Source of the DNA: an uncultured Verrucomicrobiae bacterium
GTDB taxonomy: Bacteria; Verrucomicrobiota; Verrucomicrobiia; Chthoniobacterales; JAFAMB01
DNA: 64,000 bases
Direction: 5' to 3'
NCBI GenBank assembly: GCA_963837955.1
Contig: CAWIPH010000001.1
Coordinates: forward strand, 480,001 to 544,000
Shown one piece after another: positions 60,929-64,000 of the stretch; within the stretch, counting starts at the first letter, position 1; each line of letters opens with the position of its first letter. A program made the translations under genes and the position numbers. The notes beneath the pieces are model-generated. The model saw only the letters and a program-made list of their open reading frames with translations. It did not search any database and was not told where the DNA came from.

Positions 60929-61016
60929 GGATGGGTGCCAGAGCGGTCGATTGGGCACGCCTGGAAAGCGTGTGTACCGAAAGGTACCGCGGGTTCGAAT
61001 CCCGCCCCATCCGCCA
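60929..61016 (+). tRNA. tRNA-Ser (GGA)
   Basis: Acceptor GGATGGG/CCCATCC, anticodon loop CTGGAAA, long variable arm, GGTTCGAATCC, encoded CCA. Confidence 0.97.
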
Positions 61017-61212
61017 TAGTGTCGTATCTCATTCAGTAACAAGCAATTACGTCTTAAACTTACACAGGTTGTCAAAGGCGCCTGGTAACAGCTCTCCTGA
61101 GGGGCTGGTAACAAGTCCACTATTTTCCGCTGATTTCTTAAGATGTCCTGGACCAAAAATATTGAGCTGAATACCTGTACGGAAAAACACCCCGCATTGA
61201 TCCAGATAGGAA

Positions 61213-61479
61213 TTAAGGGAGCGTCCATTTGAGCTCCGGCGCTGGCGCTGGCTCCGGCTTAAGTCTGCGCGCTGCACATATCTCACCGATTCGTTCAACG
61301 CTCAAGATCGGTTCCCAACGCGTCTTGTCCTTGATCCCGGTGGGCTCAGTCTGCAACTCGCGCCGATGGTTCAGGAACCGTTCACAGGGCCTGCAGTGAG
61401 ATATTCTGCCTCGGCCACGCCGACGAAACTGATCGATTGGAAAAAACTCTTGGCAACGCTGGCACCGCTTTAGCCCCAC
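61213..61479 (-). CDS. Hypothetical zinc-ribbon protein, phage-like
   Basis: KRCQRC....P.DQF...SHCRPC. Confidence 0.5.
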   Translation of the reverse strand: MGLKRCQRCQEFFPIDQFRRRGRGRISHCRPCERFLNHRRELQTEPTGIKDKTRWEPILSVERIGEICAARRLKPEPAPAPELKWTLP

Positions 61480-61589
61480 ATCAGCCGCAACCCGTCCAGG
61501 ACTATCTTCGCCACGCCCACCACGAGCGCCGCCCCGATGATGATGCTGGCCCCGATAAAGATCGCTGCGTAAATTCGTGGGTCAAACAT
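61470..61589 (-). CDS. Small single-TM protein (39 aa)
   Basis: MFDPRIYAAIFIGASIIIGAALVVGVAKIVLDGLRLMWG; packed between its neighbours. Confidence 0.45.
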   Translation of the reverse strand: MFDPRIYAAIFIGASIIIGAALVVGVAKIVLDGLRLMWG

Positions 61590-61592
61590 AAG

Positions 61593-61763
61593 TCATCGCT
61601 TCACAAAGTACATGCACAACAGCGCTACGATCGCGAGTATCACTGTGCCCGAAACCATATAGAACACGAAATCCAGCTGTGGATCTGCCGCCGTGTGTCT
61701 GTGCGAGGCTGCTGCCGCCGGCAACACCTGATGAAGATCATATTCGACCGGTTGGCCTTCCAT
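61593..61763 (-). CDS. Small single-TM protein (56 aa)
   Basis: MEGQPVEYDLHQVLPAAAASHRHTAADPQLDFVFYMVSGTVILAIVALLCMYFVKR. Confidence 0.45.
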   Translation of the reverse strand: MEGQPVEYDLHQVLPAAAASHRHTAADPQLDFVFYMVSGTVILAIVALLCMYFVKR

Positions 61764-61795
61764 CGCGAGCGTTTCGGGTTAATCCAACAAAATTC

Positions 61796-62116
61796 TTATT
61801 GCCCGGTCTGGATGCGTTCGCCATTCAGAGTTCGCGCGCACCTCTTTTGATGGTCAAAGTCTTTAGCCGATAAGGGAATCACGAGCGCCGTGGTAGATTC
61901 GTCCTCAAACTCGCCCGGTGTTTCGGCGCGCGGATCAGCCCCCAACCAAAGCATTAGGTCCACCCATTTTCTATTGTTCTTTCTGACATGCTCCACGAGC
62001 GCTTTGTTGGCTTGACTGATTAGCTCCGGCTCTTTTGCTAACAAGGTCTTGAAAATGCCGAGAGAGGTCCGACAGCAGTCGCTGAAAGCTTCGGCGAAGG
62101 GCGAAGAGCGTGCCAC
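61796..62116 (-). pseudogene. Fragment of an ankyrin-repeat-like protein
   Basis: QANKAL...WVDLMLWLGADPR...TTAL, then apparently unrelated sequence. Confidence 0.4.
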
Positions 62117-62609
62117 ATTACCCTACGAAGGGATCTATGATTTTCACTCTGATATTGAAAAACGAGCGGCGCGATTCGCTGCTCTACTTGCGCGTGATCA
62201 CCGTGCTCAAGCTATTGCGGCTTGTTGGGCAGGCGCTAGAGATGGGGCCACCCTGGACGCACATCGAAATTTCAAAAGGCTGAGAAGAGCCGCAGTTGCG
62301 ACGCAAAACATTCTGGCCTCCTGCTTCGTGTCATGCCGATCATCACCATGATGATTTAAGTAGCTCAACGACAAGTAGGAATACGCATCCGCGACACGAG
62401 GACGCTGATCCGAACAAGCAGAAATTGCGTTGCTATTTCTGGAATTGCTTGCAATTACAGTGACTAGACTACGGCGTGCTATATATCAGACGGATCCTCT
62501 GAAAAACGTTGTGTTCCATCGAAATGGCGGTTCATTTCTCGGAGTGAAAGCCTTTCTAAGGCTTCGGCAATCCCCAGACGGCGCTTTTCGGCGTTATGCT
62601 TCGGGAGGG

Positions 62610-64000
62610 ATGTCGAAAGTCGCTGGTGGAATTCTGGCTGCAACGCTTACGATGGTGGGTATCGGGTCGGCGCAAACAGGATCTGGCATCCCGCTTAACC
62701 ACTTCATCTATATCATCCAGGAAAATCGCACGTTTGACAATTACTTCGGCACGTTTCCGGGCGCGAACGGGATTCCGCCGGGAACCACCTTGCCGGAACT
62801 TCCGGGTGGTCCCCTTAAGGTTAAGCCTTTTCACTCAACCGCTACCCGTATCCCTCATGATCTCCAGCACACGTGGCAGGCGGCTCGGACAGCCTGGAAT
62901 CAGGGGCGCATGGACGGGTTTTTGTGGGCTGAATGGCCGGAGGCGCTAAGATTTTATTGGGGAGCCAAGCCTGTTCCGACCCCGATTCCTGGATTGGTCG
63001 AAAGTGTTTCTATTTCGGCTCCGCCCGTTGTGAGAGCGCTTTCGCCTAATGGTGCAGCCGACGACGAGGATGAGAGTGCTAGTGCTCCTGATATTGAAGA
63101 GCAGACCACAACGGCTTTGAACCCGGCTGTGCTCCCGAATCTGGGCTCCCGCCCGCCATGGGTTATTGACACGCTAGGGTACTTGGATTTCCACGAAATC
63201 CCGAACTATTGGGAATACGCGCGCCGGTTTACGCTGTGTGACTTTTTTTTCTCGTCCCTCATGGGTCCGAGCGAGCCGAATCATCTCTACACCGTTGCGG
63301 CACAATCCGGCGGTCTCGTTAACAATCCTGGTGGTCCGCGCGTCGAACCGACCTATTCGTTCCCAACTATGGCTGAGCTGCTCCGGAATTCCGGTGTCAC
63401 TTGGAACTATTACACGGAACAGTCAAATCCCCACAACCATTCGTGGTGGAATCCTTTACCCGGTTTCGAACAGTTTAAGAGTGATCCCGGTTTGATGTCA
63501 CATTTGGTTAAGAAGGCACAGTTCTACGCTGATCTGAAGGCGGGGACGTTGCCCCAAGTTTGCTGGGTAATCCCGGGCTTCAAAGACAGTGAGCATCCTC
63601 CGCAAGATGTCCAGGTAGGAATGCGGTACGTTACCGGACTGATTAATGCGGTAATGCAAAGCCCTTATTGGAAAGATACAGCAATAATTTTGGTGTGGGA
63701 CGATTACGGCGGTTTTTACGATCACGTTCCTCCCCCGCAGACCGATCTCTACGGCTGGGGCCCGCGCGTACCTGCCATCGTCATTTCTCCTTACTCGCGA
63801 GCGGGTGTTGTCAATCACACCCGGTTCGATTTGACTTCGCCGCTCAAGCTGATCGAAACCAGGTTTGGGCTTCCGCCGCTGACCGCTCGGGACAGGGGTT
63901 CGAACAACATGTTGGACTGTTTCAATTTTTCGCAGACACCGCTGCCGCCGGACATTATTACATCCACTACCAAACTTGATTTCAGCGGAATGGTCACCAC
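62610..64000 (+). CDS. Phosphoesterase family protein (phospholipase C / acid phosphatase AcpA-like), 3' truncated; alternative GTG start at 62544
   Basis: Signal peptide, [37 protein letters not shown]; open to the window end, so absent from the ORF track. Confidence 0.9.
   Translation, partial: MSKVAGGILAATLTMVGIGSAQTGSGIPLNHFIYIIQENRTFDNYFGTFPGANGIPPGTTLPELPGGPLKVKPFHSTATRIPHDLQHTWQAARTAWNQGRMDGFLWAEWPEALRFYWGAKPVPTPIPGLVESVSISAPPVVRALSPNGAADDEDESASAPDIEEQTTTALNPAVLPNLGSRPPWVIDTLGYLDFHEIPNYWEYARRFTLCDFFFSSLMGPSEPNHLYTVAAQSGGLVNNPGGPRVEPTYSFPTMAELLRNSGVTWNYYTEQSNPHNHSWWNPLPGFEQFKSDPGLMSHLVKKAQFYADLKAGTLPQVCWVIPGFKDSEHPPQDVQVGMRYVTGLINAVMQSPYWKDTAIILVWDDYGGFYDHVPPPQTDLYGWGPRVPAIVISPYSRAGVVNHTRFDLTSPLKLIETRFGLPPLTARDRGSNNMLDCFNFSQTPLPPDIITSTTKLDFSGMVT

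Noticed and set aside
61470..61763. Inovirus prophage
   Set aside because: Only two tiny TM ORFs; no Zot/pI ATPase, replication initiator or ssDNA-binding gene is visible

Overview
A 64 kb chromosomal segment of moderate GC. Gene content and repeat style suggest a soil Verrucomicrobiota member (Chthoniobacterales-like); this is inference only. Most of the window is housekeeping and metabolic genes (accBC, thiE, folP, leuS, rdgB, typA, yebC, rho, fpg, UDG, 5-oxoprolinase, S46 peptidase, ABC transporters, several metallophosphoesterases) plus a tRNA-Ser(GGA). The unusual content is mostly intergenic. Several REP/REPIN/MITE-like repeat families occur: an identical 52-bp GGAG-REP doublet sitting in a second host repeat in both orientations, nested insertions, a RAYT transposase remnant with a GTAG REP, and two inverted palindromic elements bracketing folP. 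A decayed four-helix-bundle gene lies between perfect 30-bp heptamer-built inverted repeats. A degenerate copy of the tRNA-Ser promoter and 5' part brackets a sterol-desaturase gene, and an att-like junction with small phage-like ORFs follows the tRNA. Candidate uncharacterised protein systems are an ABC importer + radical SAM + Cys-rich metallophosphoesterase operon and a membrane-anchored TIR/TPR receptor-like protein. All calls come from motif recognition by eye; no database search was run.
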